Shown: positions 9,109 through 17,362 of the stretch, piece after piece | Layout of the letters: each line of letters opens with the position of its first letter | Position numbering within the stretch: the first letter of the stretch is position 1 | DNA from: an uncultured Candidatus Saccharibacteria bacterium | GTDB lineage: Bacteria > Patescibacteriota > Saccharimonadia > Saccharimonadales > Saccharimonadaceae | DNA: 64,000 nucleotides | Direction of reading: 5' to 3' | NCBI GenBank assembly: GCA_963532835.1 | Contig: CAUSLL010000002.1 | Location: 95-64,094, forward strand | Program-made: the position numbers and the translations under genes | Notes under the pieces: generated by a model | The model's input: the letters and a program-made list of their open reading frames with translations, nothing else | What the model was told of the DNA's origin: nothing | Databases searched by the model: none

Positions 9109-9375
9109 TCAAACAACCGTTGCTAAAATATCTTCCTCGCGGACGATCAAATATTCCGTACCGTCAATTTTCAAGTCCGTAGTCGAATATTCCTTATACA
9201 CAATTTTGTCGCCCACCTTCACATTCTTGACATCACCGCCAACTGCCTTGACCTCAGCAACCACTGGCTTCTCCTTCGAGCTGTCCGGCAAATACAGTCC
9301 GCTCGCCGTCTGCGTCTTTGCCTCCTCGCGCACCGCTACCACGCGGTCACCGAGAGGCTCAATAGGTACACTCAT
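9109..9375 (-). CDS. groS: co-chaperonin GroES
   Basis: 88 aa from MSVPIEPLGDRVVAVREE. GGAGGA SD upstream. The track start 9429 lies inside CIRCE, so it was trimmed. Confidence 0.95.
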   Translation of the reverse strand: MSVPIEPLGDRVVAVREEAKTQTASGLYLPDSSKEKPVVAEVKAVGGDVKNVKVGDKIVYKEYSTTDLKIDGTEYLIVREEDILATVV

Positions 9376-9406
9376 AACATCCTCCATTTCATTAACAATA
9401 CATCTT

Positions 9407-9449
9407 ATTGTATCGCACCACGTTAGCACTCGTCAAGGGTGAGTGCTAA
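9407..9449 (-). promoter_or_regulatory. groESL promoter (TTGACG-18-TACAAT) overlapped by a perfect CIRCE operator (9423-9449)
   Basis: TTAGCACTC-GTCAAGGGT-GAGTGCTAA is an exact match to the CIRCE consensus TTAGCACTC-N9-GAGTGCTAA. The -35 (9431-9436) lies in the CIRCE spacer and the -10 is at 9407-9412. Confidence 0.9.
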
Positions 9450-9494
9450 TTCACTCAATACCCTTCCCTAAAAATAGCCCTCCCGCCCCGATAT

Positions 9495-9503
9495 TGTTAT
9501 AAT
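9495..9503 (+). promoter_or_regulatory. extended -10 (TGTTATAAT) 6 nt upstream of the murF-like ATG
   Basis: TGT at 9495-9497 and TATAAT at 9498-9503. ATG at 9510 with no SD. Confidence 0.4.
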
Positions 9504-9509
9504 AATCAT

Positions 9510-10799
9510 ATGAAGCTATTCAAATCTCTCATCTCGTGTCTATTGGTGCGAATCATGCGTAAATTTTTCCACAACAATCCACATGTTCGCCTGGTCGCCG
9601 TTGTCGGAAGCGTCGGCAAAACAACTACCAAATCAACCATCGTCGACGTTCTCAAACACAACAAAAAAGTTCGAACCAGCAGGGGTAATTTCAATGCTGA
9701 ATTTAGTGCGCCACTGGAGATGCTTGGTATTGATGGTCCGAAAAATCCTCGATCCATCACTAATTGGCTATCAACCATCTACCGCGCCTACCGCTCAGCT
9801 CGCCAGCTTCACGATATCAATGTTATCGTCCAAGAATTTGGTATCGATCACCCCGGTGAAATGGCTGCCTTTGGTCGCTACGCCCACCCTGACGTTCTCG
9901 TTGTCACAGCCATATCCCCTGAGCACATGGAGTTTTTTGGCAATCTCAAAACAGTAGCCCAGGAGGAATTTGCCCTATCTAGCCACAGCATCGTTACCCT
10001 GTATAACCGTGATGATATCAACTCTGGATTCATCGCTTTTGCCAATTCTGAACGCAATCTTTCTTACAGTACTGAGCCAGATGCTGACTATTACATCACC
10101 GCTCATCAGTTCAATCACAGCCAAGGATACACCTGTACTCTCACACACGGCGAGCAAACCTCCCGTGAGTTCATCATGCCTGTTGTCGCCAAACATCAGC
10201 TACGCATTGCTGCTGGAGCCGCTGCGGTTGCGCTAGAATTCAACCTTGACGTTGAAAGCGTCATCACCGCCTTAGAGAACTTCACTCCCGTGCCAGGGCG
10301 AATGAACCTACTGAGCGGTATCAACGGTTCAATGCTCATCGATGATTCGTATAATTCCAGCCCACTCGCTGCCAAATCAGCCCTCGAAACACTCTATCAA
10401 TTACCCGCCAAAACCAAAATCGCCGTCTTGGGAGATATGAACGAGCTTGGCGACACAACAGCGTCTGAACACCGCACACTCGGTACCCTATGTAGCCCAG
10501 CGCAGCTATCGCACGTCATCACTGTCGGATCCAACGCAGCTACATTCTTGGCGCCAGCTGCCCAAGACAACGGCTGTACTGTCACCTCGTTTGATACAGC
10601 CATCGATGCTGTAGAATTATTACAATCTCTGGCGCGTCAAGACACCATCTTGCTGTTCAAGGGGTCACAAGGTGGTGTCTACCTTGAAGAAGCCATCAAA
10701 CCACTCCTCAAAAGTTCGAAAGATACCGAAAAACTTGTCCGCCAATCCAAAGAATGGCTTGAAAAGAAACAACAATTTTTCGAAAGCCATCACTCATAA
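9510..10799 (+). CDS. murF: MurF-like Mur ligase (UDP-MurNAc-tripeptide--D-Ala-D-Ala ligase family)
   Basis: 429 aa. P-loop GSVGKTTT at aa 33-40. GNFNAEFSAPLEML and DDSYNSSPLAAKSALETL resemble the MurF signatures (GNxNNxIGxP, DDSYNANP). The N-terminal domain appears to be missing. Confidence 0.75.
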   Translation: MKLFKSLISCLLVRIMRKFFHNNPHVRLVAVVGSVGKTTTKSTIVDVLKHNKKVRTSRGNFNAEFSAPLEMLGIDGPKNPRSITNWLSTIYRAYRSARQLHDINVIVQEFGIDHPGEMAAFGRYAHPDVLVVTAISPEHMEFFGNLKTVAQEEFALSSHSIVTLYNRDDINSGFIAFANSERNLSYSTEPDADYYITAHQFNHSQGYTCTLTHGEQTSREFIMPVVAKHQLRIAAGAAAVALEFNLDVESVITALENFTPVPGRMNLLSGINGSMLIDDSYNSSPLAAKSALETLYQLPAKTKIAVLGDMNELGDTTASEHRTLGTLCSPAQLSHVITVGSNAATFLAPAAQDNGCTVTSFDTAIDAVELLQSLARQDTILLFKGSQGGVYLEEAIKPLLKSSKDTEKLVRQSKEWLEKKQQFFESHHS

Positions 10800-10828
10800 C
10801 ATTTGTTAGTTTTATCAATCCGTGCGAC

Positions 10829-11177
10829 TTATAACCTCTTAACCTTGGATGATACCCCACGATAGGCAAATGTCTTGGCTAACGATTTACCCTGAATAAT
10901 TGAATACTCGTCAATGTTATGGCGATAATACCGATTACGAGTCCGCTCTTCGCCCAATTAGCAAAGCTCTCAAGGGTATCTCCCCAAACAAAGGTGTTTG
11001 TAACAACAAAAGCGACACAGGAATATCTAGCCACAAAATAGCCGCTAGATATGAAAGCAGGGGCGCCTTTTTCCTGTAATCCTATCGGATTATATCGCTT
11101 CGCTCTACGAGTGGCGGCATAGTCGTCATGACGGTCGTTAACAATATATTCTGTGCTATCCTTTTATTCTTTTTCAC
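10829..11177 (-). pseudogene. possible decayed small membrane-protein gene (one in-frame TAG plus one frameshift)
   Basis: Manual minus-strand reading: VKKNKRIAQNILLTTVMTTMPPLVERSDIIR*DYRKKAPLLSYLAAILWLDIPVSLLLLQTPLFGEIPLRALLIG, then a frame shift to EERTRNRYYRHNIDEYSIIQGKSLAKTFAYRGVSSKVKRL*. No intact ORF of 60 aa or more in this 420-nt gap. Confidence 0.25.
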
Positions 11178-11220
11178 AACTCACCCGTTCAATAATCTTA
11201 ACAGTAACATACTCCTCTAA

Positions 11221-11529
11221 CTAGGGGGTAAACTTCAAGTTACTAAGTTCATGAATCAACACTGCGATGATTATTACGGTTATAACACTAAGAATAATCC
11301 AGACATAACGCATTTTACCCCTAACTAATACAGATAGCATGATCGATCCGATGGCTAATACCACAATTCCGATAGCCATAAATTGTACAATCAAATCGGA
11401 TATGGAATCGACCATACGAATTCCACTAAATCCATACACTAAACAAATACATAATGATAATGCAAGCAACGCAAGTATCGCCTGTGGCACTACAAGTTTA
11501 TCTGATTTATTACCCTTCTTCACAACCAA
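11221..11529 (-). CDS. small 3-TM membrane protein, translationally coupled to the SGNH hydrolase gene
   Basis: 102 aa with three hydrophobic helices. The TTG/GTG start lies within the last 20 nt of the upstream gene. Confidence 0.55.
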   Translation of the reverse strand: MVVKKGNKSDKLVVPQAILALLALSLCICLVYGFSGIRMVDSISDLIVQFMAIGIVVLAIGSIMLSVLVRGKMRYVWIILSVITVIIIAVLIHELSNLKFTP

Positions 11530-14500
11530 CCCCCTTCGGTAATTTATTTAACTTTATCAATCCACGTGATTTGAAGCCCTTGCTTCCTGGTTTTAGTACT
11601 GGTGATAGGTAATCTTCTGGCTTCAGGGCATAGCACTTTTCATTAATATCTTTTACCAGGATTAGCGGCATATCTTTTGATATATTGTTTCCTTTGTATT
11701 CTTCCTTTGCGATGACGAGTTTATTGAACGCTAGTCCACGCGTTTCTTCGTTCAAAGTATACCCAACCAGCGCATCGGTATTATTCTGATCTCTTGACTT
11801 GTCAATATAGTCGTTTACAACACCAGTCAGGTTAGCTGCTCGTGTATTACGAAAGAGATAGATCCGATCTTCATCCTCGCCAAGCGATGATCTGCCATTG
11901 CGAGCAATGTAGAGGATCGGGTCGGTAATTTCAGGGTCGCAGGCATCGTCGATGCCGTCAAGGTCTTCGTCTTTATTAGCAGCTTGAGCAAAAGCTCCGC
12001 AGGGTTGAAGTTTATCTGGTGTGTCATTTTCGTCAATATCGTCCGGGTTTGAACCTTTGACAAGAATGGTTTGGTACAGTTCTTGTTTCTTGCCATCCGG
12101 TGCTTCGCCAGACACTACCAGTGTGTGATATCCAGCAGACAAGTCCTCGGGCAATGCTACGGATCCATTAATTTCACCATTCTCATCAGTCTCAATCTCG
12201 CCCAAGTTTTTTGGATCGGAATAAATCTTTACGTAAACAGTTTTGTACGGCTTAAATGGTCTTCGTGACGTCTTTATTGGGATAGTTGTTTCCTTCATTT
12301 TAGTAGCTACACCGTTAGTCAATTGGTAATACGTAAATTTAATATCTTCTTGTTCGTTAGACACCTTAAAATATGGCAGCTCTGGAATTTTATCTTTCGT
12401 TGCAGAATTATCAGGGCAAGTTATTGCACCATTTTTACAAATTTGATAGTCCGCAGGATTGGCACCGCCTAATTCTTTCTTAAAAGCGCGAGCTATATCA
12501 GCATGACCTTTGGCGTTTGGGTGAAAACTTTCCTGCAGCTCATTACCTCTCCAGCTACCAACACCAGTTATCGCTGTTGCGTGATTATCCTTATCTCCAC
12601 AAAGCCAATGGTTACCAAAAGCGCTCTCAATATCTACATATTTAACACCTGTCGCTTTTGCCGCCTGGCGTATAACACTATTATAGTAAGTAACCGAATT
12701 AGTTATCATCTCTCTTTCACGGGGATTTAAATTAAATGTATTTGAACATTTAGCATCTGGCGCACCATTAACAAATTGAGGGTAACCTAGTACATATATT
12801 TTCGCTTTACCGTTTGAAGCTATCTTCAATTCATCGTATAGTGACTTTAATTTACTAAACTGCTCCCTTAGCTCATTCCTCAATTTTCCACGCCACTCAG
12901 TTTTTGCCCAAGTACAGTCACCCGGAGAGGAAAAACCGACACAAGTCGCCAGTTTTCCTGCAAAATCCACATCATTTCCGCCTGCCGTCAGCGTGATTAC
13001 TTTCGGCTGATATTTCTTCACAAATTCGATTTGCTTGACGCGCCCCGGGATTGTTTCGTTAAGGGCTATCTTCTGTAATACCCCCTTGTCGGCATAACCA
13101 TGTAGACGCCCAAGCGGGCTATCCTGCCCCTCATAGCCACCCGAATTGTCCCAGTTCATGTCGTACACCGTCGCGCCGCTACACGCAACCGATGCCCACG
13201 CCGCCGACGGGCCGCTACCTAGTCCCATCCAATTCGCCAGCTTATACGGATACGAGCGCGTACTGACATGACACTTTTCCTTCGGTATACCTTTCATCTT
13301 ATCTTCCTTAGTGTCTGTTCTCTGGATATAATATTTCTGACCAGTTACTGGATTTTTATCAGTATCACCCTCACCACTAGAGAAAGAATCCCCCAACGCT
13401 AAATAATCAAACCTTGTCAGACTGCCAGGAACTTTCTTGCCACGATAACCTTCAGGATATTTGACATTAAAGGTAGATTTGTATATTTTCATTGGGTCAA
13501 TATACCTTGTATAGACCGGTTCTACTAACTGAAAAGGTGGTGTAGCTCCCCTTTCATAATTCCAATAATAATTACCCCATAAAAACTCTGGTTCACAAAT
13601 ACTATTACGCCCTTGTATTAACATGGGGCTTCCAATAAGCGCTGCGTGAAGCGTTCCATTTGTTCCTTTTGTGCGCACCGCGGCCAACTGTCTCTGAGGA
13701 GCTTCGTTCATAAAATCTAGATAGAAGTCCCCTTTCTTCTCTGACCAAAAAATCGCTAACATATATGGCTTCGTTTTATTGTCATAGGTGTTTCGCTGGA
13801 TGTATGTTATGGCGTAATCCCCGTGAGCCATAGCTTTTTCTAGACTATCTACCATAATGGGGTGATATGGTCGTTTATTGTTGTGTTTGGGATATTTAAA
13901 CAAATTAAACCACCTGTCTTTATAGTCTATATATGGTGAACCACAAGATTTACCATAATAATTTCGCACATAATTCACCAACTTTTCTTCAGTAAGACTC
14001 TCTATCAGATCATCATATGGAGAGGATGTAGGACTCCAACTTAACGCCTCTTTTCTGTCTGGCAACCGAGCCCCCTGATACCCCTCAGGATATTCTACAT
14101 TAAATGTGGAGGTAAATAGTTTTCTGTAAGTGTTTTCCGTTGCTTGTGGCCATGAATTATAGTCATAAGAAAAGCCCCCCAAAAATTCTGGTTCACAGTA
14201 TGAGTTACGCCCTTGTATCAGCATGGGGCTTGCCACAACCGCTGTATGGACTCTGTTATATGTATTAGGTTTCCTATTTAAGTATACCTCTCGATTACCG
14301 CCGTTACGACGAAATTTCATCGTTAAATTATCTCGACCATCTTCAGTCCATAGCACCGTTAGAAAGTATGGATTCGATGATTTATTATGCGCATTATACT
14401 GCTCGTACATAACCGCATAAGCTCCTTTTTCGGAAGTAATCGCCTTCATGAGACTCGCAACAGCTGCCGGATGATTTTTATGATCGTTATATTTCTGACG

Positions 14501-14707
14501 CTTAAACTGATGCAGCCATCTCTTTGCATAATCATCAGTCGGTGAACCACACGTCTTGTCATAGTAATTATCTATATGGTTAATTAGGGTTTTTGTCGTT
14601 ATTTTCTCAATCAGATCATCATACTCGGAGGCCGCTCTAACTGTTGCCGGTAACGCAATACAGGCTGCTAATATTACCCCAATAATACTAACACCAAATT
14701 TCCACAC
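11510..14707 (-). CDS. secreted multidomain SGNH/GDSL hydrolase (esterase/lipase family) with duplicated novel N-terminal domain
   Basis: 1065 aa, GTG start with AAAGGGG SD. Signal peptide ...ALPATVRA/AS. SGNH blocks LALGDSFSSG (aa 437), LTAGGNDV (aa 573) and HPNAKGH (aa 729). Ig-like segment (aa ~815-885). Asp-rich calcium-binding-like motifs DDIDENDTPD and DEDLDGIDDACD. Confidence 0.8.
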   Translation of the reverse strand: MWKFGVSIIGVILAACIALPATVRAASEYDDLIEKITTKTLINHIDNYYDKTCGSPTDDYAKRWLHQFKRQKYNDHKNHPAAVASLMKAITSEKGAYAVMYEQYNAHNKSSNPYFLTVLWTEDGRDNLTMKFRRNGGNREVYLNRKPNTYNRVHTAVVASPMLIQGRNSYCEPEFLGGFSYDYNSWPQATENTYRKLFTSTFNVEYPEGYQGARLPDRKEALSWSPTSSPYDDLIESLTEEKLVNYVRNYYGKSCGSPYIDYKDRWFNLFKYPKHNNKRPYHPIMVDSLEKAMAHGDYAITYIQRNTYDNKTKPYMLAIFWSEKKGDFYLDFMNEAPQRQLAAVRTKGTNGTLHAALIGSPMLIQGRNSICEPEFLWGNYYWNYERGATPPFQLVEPVYTRYIDPMKIYKSTFNVKYPEGYRGKKVPGSLTRFDYLALGDSFSSGEGDTDKNPVTGQKYYIQRTDTKEDKMKGIPKEKCHVSTRSYPYKLANWMGLGSGPSAAWASVACSGATVYDMNWDNSGGYEGQDSPLGRLHGYADKGVLQKIALNETIPGRVKQIEFVKKYQPKVITLTAGGNDVDFAGKLATCVGFSSPGDCTWAKTEWRGKLRNELREQFSKLKSLYDELKIASNGKAKIYVLGYPQFVNGAPDAKCSNTFNLNPREREMITNSVTYYNSVIRQAAKATGVKYVDIESAFGNHWLCGDKDNHATAITGVGSWRGNELQESFHPNAKGHADIARAFKKELGGANPADYQICKNGAITCPDNSATKDKIPELPYFKVSNEQEDIKFTYYQLTNGVATKMKETTIPIKTSRRPFKPYKTVYVKIYSDPKNLGEIETDENGEINGSVALPEDLSAGYHTLVVSGEAPDGKKQELYQTILVKGSNPDDIDENDTPDKLQPCGAFAQAANKDEDLDGIDDACDPEITDPILYIARNGRSSLGEDEDRIYLFRNTRAANLTGVVNDYIDKSRDQNNTDALVGYTLNEETRGLAFNKLVIAKEEYKGNNISKDMPLILVKDINEKCYALKPEDYLSPVLKPGSKGFKSRGLIKLNKLPKGVGCEEG
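13424..14626 (-). repeat. protein-level tandem duplication (~200 aa x2) in the N-terminus of the SGNH protein
   Basis: aa 28-218 versus 230-428: YDDLIEKITTKTLINHIDNYYDKTCGSP / YDDLIESLTEEKLVNYVRNYYGKSCGSP; SPMLIQGRNSYCEPEF / SPMLIQGRNSICEPEF; STFNVEYPEGYQG / STFNVKYPEGYRG. Confidence 0.85.
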
Positions 14708-14736
14708 AAGTACCCCTTTATTATGCTTATGTCAAG

Positions 14737-14745
14737 ATTGTATCA
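14737..14745 (-). promoter_or_regulatory. extended -10 (TGATACAAT) for the SGNH hydrolase gene
   Basis: Minus-strand TGA-TACAAT about 30 nt upstream of the GTG start, in the 74-nt murE-SGNH spacer. Confidence 0.4.
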
Positions 14746-14781
14746 AATCCCCTTGCAAACAACAAGGAATCAACCGCTCAC

Positions 14782-16071
14782 CTATTCCTGTCCCAAAATT
14801 TCACGTACCACCTGGCTATCATTCCACGGCAGCCGTTGTCCATTCACGATTCGATATTTCTCATGTCCCATTCCAGTGATCAGCACCATATCACCCTTTT
14901 GCGCAGAGCCAAGCGCCCGCTCAATCGCCTGTCGCCGGTCAGGAATTTCCGTCGTCTTGGCGTCACCATGCGCCCGTTCAATTCCTTCATAGATCATTCG
15001 CCTAATCTGATCAGGATCTTCATTATAGCTCTCCTCGTCGGTCAGGAATATCCTGTCGGTGTTTTTGGCAGCAATTTCGCCCATAATTGGCCGCTTGCTC
15101 TTGTCGCGATCCCCACAAGCCCCAAACACCAAAATCACTCGACCTTTTGCGATCTTACGAGCCGCCGTCAATAATTTATCCAATGCATCAGGGGTGTGTG
15201 CATAATCAACAATTACGTCATAACCAACACCCTCGACTGCTCGCTCAAACCTGCCAGGAACCGCCTCGACGTTAGCCACGCCTTCTTGGATATCTTGTAA
15301 TTTCACACCCAGCAGATACGCCAACGTCACTGCTGCTGTCATATTATGCACATTAAATTCACCTGGCAGCGCCGTCGCCAGCTCCAAATGAGTCTGATGA
15401 TCCAAAACCACATCGGCTTCAGTACCCTTGCGATACAGCTTGACTCGCTGAATCTGCGCCTCTGCTTCCGGATGCTTACCATAGGTCATTTTTTGTTCAC
15501 CAGCAACGAATTGATCAAAATAGTCATACCATTCATCATCGCGGTTCAAAATGATATATCGCGGTTCCAGTGCAAACAGCTTACCTTTAGCCGCTGCATA
15601 ATTCTCCATGGTCTTGTGATAGTCTAAATGATCCTGTGTCAAATTGGTCATCACTGCCGCCTCAATCGGCACTCCGTCAAGCTTGTGCTGGTCAAGCGCA
15701 TGCGACGTGATTTCCAACACGACATAGTCCACATCAGCCTTTTTTGCATCACGAAAGAACTGCTGCATCCTACCAGTCGAAGCCACTGTTGCATTCAAGT
15801 CATTCACTTGAGCCTTCCCTGCCACCTCGATCAATGCCGTCGTGAACATCGCTGTCTTAAATTTGGCCTCCTTCAAGATCTCATTGATATAGCAGGCGGT
15901 CGTTGTCTTCCCGTTGGTACCAGTTACTGCGATAACTCGCAAGTTTTTTGACGGGTTACCATACCGCGCGCTCAATAGTCGTACTCTAACTCGGCGATAT
16001 CCGTTTTCCACGCCATGCAAAGCACTAGCGGGCAAAATACTTCTGGCTGCTTTGACAAGAATCTGTTTCAT
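14782..16071 (-). CDS. murE: MurE-like Mur ligase (UDP-MurNAc-L-Ala-D-Glu--diamino acid ligase family)
   Basis: 429 aa. P-loop GTNGKTTT at aa 51-58. MurE-type motifs DYAHTPDAL, FGACGDRDKSKRP and GMGHEKY. The position of the DNPR specificity motif reads EESY. Confidence 0.78.
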   Translation of the reverse strand: MKQILVKAARSILPASALHGVENGYRRVRVRLLSARYGNPSKNLRVIAVTGTNGKTTTACYINEILKEAKFKTAMFTTALIEVAGKAQVNDLNATVASTGRMQQFFRDAKKADVDYVVLEITSHALDQHKLDGVPIEAAVMTNLTQDHLDYHKTMENYAAAKGKLFALEPRYIILNRDDEWYDYFDQFVAGEQKMTYGKHPEAEAQIQRVKLYRKGTEADVVLDHQTHLELATALPGEFNVHNMTAAVTLAYLLGVKLQDIQEGVANVEAVPGRFERAVEGVGYDVIVDYAHTPDALDKLLTAARKIAKGRVILVFGACGDRDKSKRPIMGEIAAKNTDRIFLTDEESYNEDPDQIRRMIYEGIERAHGDAKTTEIPDRRQAIERALGSAQKGDMVLITGMGHEKYRIVNGQRLPWNDSQVVREILGQE

Positions 16072-16151
16072 ATATCCATGATACCACTTTTGCGTGCCGA
16101 TTCACACTTCCAGACAACAGAGGCGAATATGTGTTATACTATGCCATAGTT

Positions 16152-17225
16152 ATGAGGATTTTGGGAATTGAATCAAGCTGTGATGAAACAGCTGCCGCTG
16201 TCGTCGAAGATGGTCATCTACTATTATCAAATGTTGTTAACTCACAAATCGATATCCATGCCGAATATGGTGGCGTCATTCCAGAAATTGCCGCCCGTTC
16301 ACATCTGGAGGTTATCAACCCGGTTGTCAAAAAGGCGTTATCTGAGGCCAACTGTACTTGGGATGATATCGACGCCATCGCCGTCACTTACGCTCCTGGC
16401 CTCATCGGTTCGCTCCTTGTTGGTACCCTCGCTGCCCGCACCCTCGCCATTATTCATCACAAACCGTTGTATAAAATACATCATGTAGAAGCTCATGTGT
16501 ATGCTAATTTCATCAACCAGCAGTCTGATAGCTTATCTTTAACACTGCCAAAAAACCAACCTACCTTCCCTCTCCTTGCCCTTATCGTCTCTGGTGGACA
16601 TTCACAGCTCGTCCTGTTCCGTAACCATGGCGACTACCAGCTCATCGGCCAAACCCAAGATGACGCCGTTGGTGAGGCGTTCGACAAAGTCGCTAAAATT
16701 ATCGGTCTACCCTACCCTGGTGGCCCTGCCATCGCCAAAGCAGCTGAGCTCGGTGATCCGCAGGCCTTTCATCTACCCATCGCCAAACTTGCTGGTGAGT
16801 ATGATTTCTCCTTTTCTGGCCTCAAAACAGCCGTTCTGAGAGCCGTACAGCACGAAGTCGGTAAAGATTTTACCTTCCCGTCACACGAGCTCCCCGCCCT
16901 GGTGACTAACGAATTACAGCACAACATGGCTGCCAGCTTCCAGTACACCGCCATCAAAACCCTGGTCGATAAGACTAAGAAAGCTTATGACAATTTTCAG
17001 CCTGCTTCCGTCGTCATCGCTGGTGGTGTCGCCGCCAATCAAGAACTGCGCCGCCAACTAAGCCTAGCCCTGCCTATCGACATTGAATACGCACCCATTC
17101 AGCTCTGCACCGACAATGCCGCCATGATCGCCGCACTCGGGTATTTCCGCGCCCACATCGACCAGCCCACCGACCCATACAATATGGAAGTCCAGCCAAG
17201 TCTATCTATGCTGGACGCAGCGTAA
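16152..17225 (+). CDS. tsaD: tRNA N6-adenosine threonylcarbamoyltransferase
   Basis: 357 aa from MRILGIESSCDETAAAVV, with GGVAANQELR. The track start 16131 lies inside the TGTTATACT -10 box (16132-16140), so it was trimmed. Confidence 0.93.
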   Translation: MRILGIESSCDETAAAVVEDGHLLLSNVVNSQIDIHAEYGGVIPEIAARSHLEVINPVVKKALSEANCTWDDIDAIAVTYAPGLIGSLLVGTLAARTLAIIHHKPLYKIHHVEAHVYANFINQQSDSLSLTLPKNQPTFPLLALIVSGGHSQLVLFRNHGDYQLIGQTQDDAVGEAFDKVAKIIGLPYPGGPAIAKAAELGDPQAFHLPIAKLAGEYDFSFSGLKTAVLRAVQHEVGKDFTFPSHELPALVTNELQHNMAASFQYTAIKTLVDKTKKAYDNFQPASVVIAGGVAANQELRRQLSLALPIDIEYAPIQLCTDNAAMIAALGYFRAHIDQPTDPYNMEVQPSLSMLDAA

Positions 17226-17251
17226 GCCATAACGCTAAAATCCCAGTTCTA

Positions 17252-17260
17252 TGGTATACT
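17252..17260 (+). promoter_or_regulatory. extended -10 (TGGTATACT) for valS
   Basis: TGG-TATACT read directly, 124 nt upstream of the valS ATG. Confidence 0.4.
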
Positions 17261-17275
17261 ATAACCAGAAATAAA

Positions 17276-17362
17276 CATGGGAGAATACACACATAAGCTC
17301 GCTCGAGGGTACTTTTTCGTGTGAAAAGTAGTCAGTGGTTTATGTGTGTCATTTTTCCCGTG
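17276..17362 (+). promoter_or_regulatory. structured 5' leader of valS (long bipartite stem with inner hairpin)
   Basis: ACACACATAA (17287-17296) pairs perfectly with TTATGTGTGT (17340-17349). An outer extension pairs CATGGGAGAA with TTTTTCCCGTG (10 bp including G-U pairs). Inner hairpin TACTTTT-7 nt-AAAAGTA (17310-17330). Confidence 0.4.

Noticed and set aside
7429-9182. Long antisense ORFs inside groEL (7429-8034, 8200-8436, 8455-8748, 8745-9182)
   Set aside because: They are mirror-frame ORFs of a strongly conserved gene, with Ala/Ser/Thr/Pro-rich composition typical of antisense frames and no start-site signals. Similar antisense ORFs inside nrdA, valS, virB4, the 1004-aa gene and others were ignored for the same reason.
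10829-11177. In-frame TAG as evidence of stop-codon reassignment (alternative genetic code, as in some CPR lineages)
   Set aside because: TAA, TAG and TGA all terminate confidently identified genes in this window: TGA at 4558 and 40281, TAG at 41513, and TAA in many genes. Conserved proteins show no internal stops. The region also needs a frameshift, so decay is the simpler reading.
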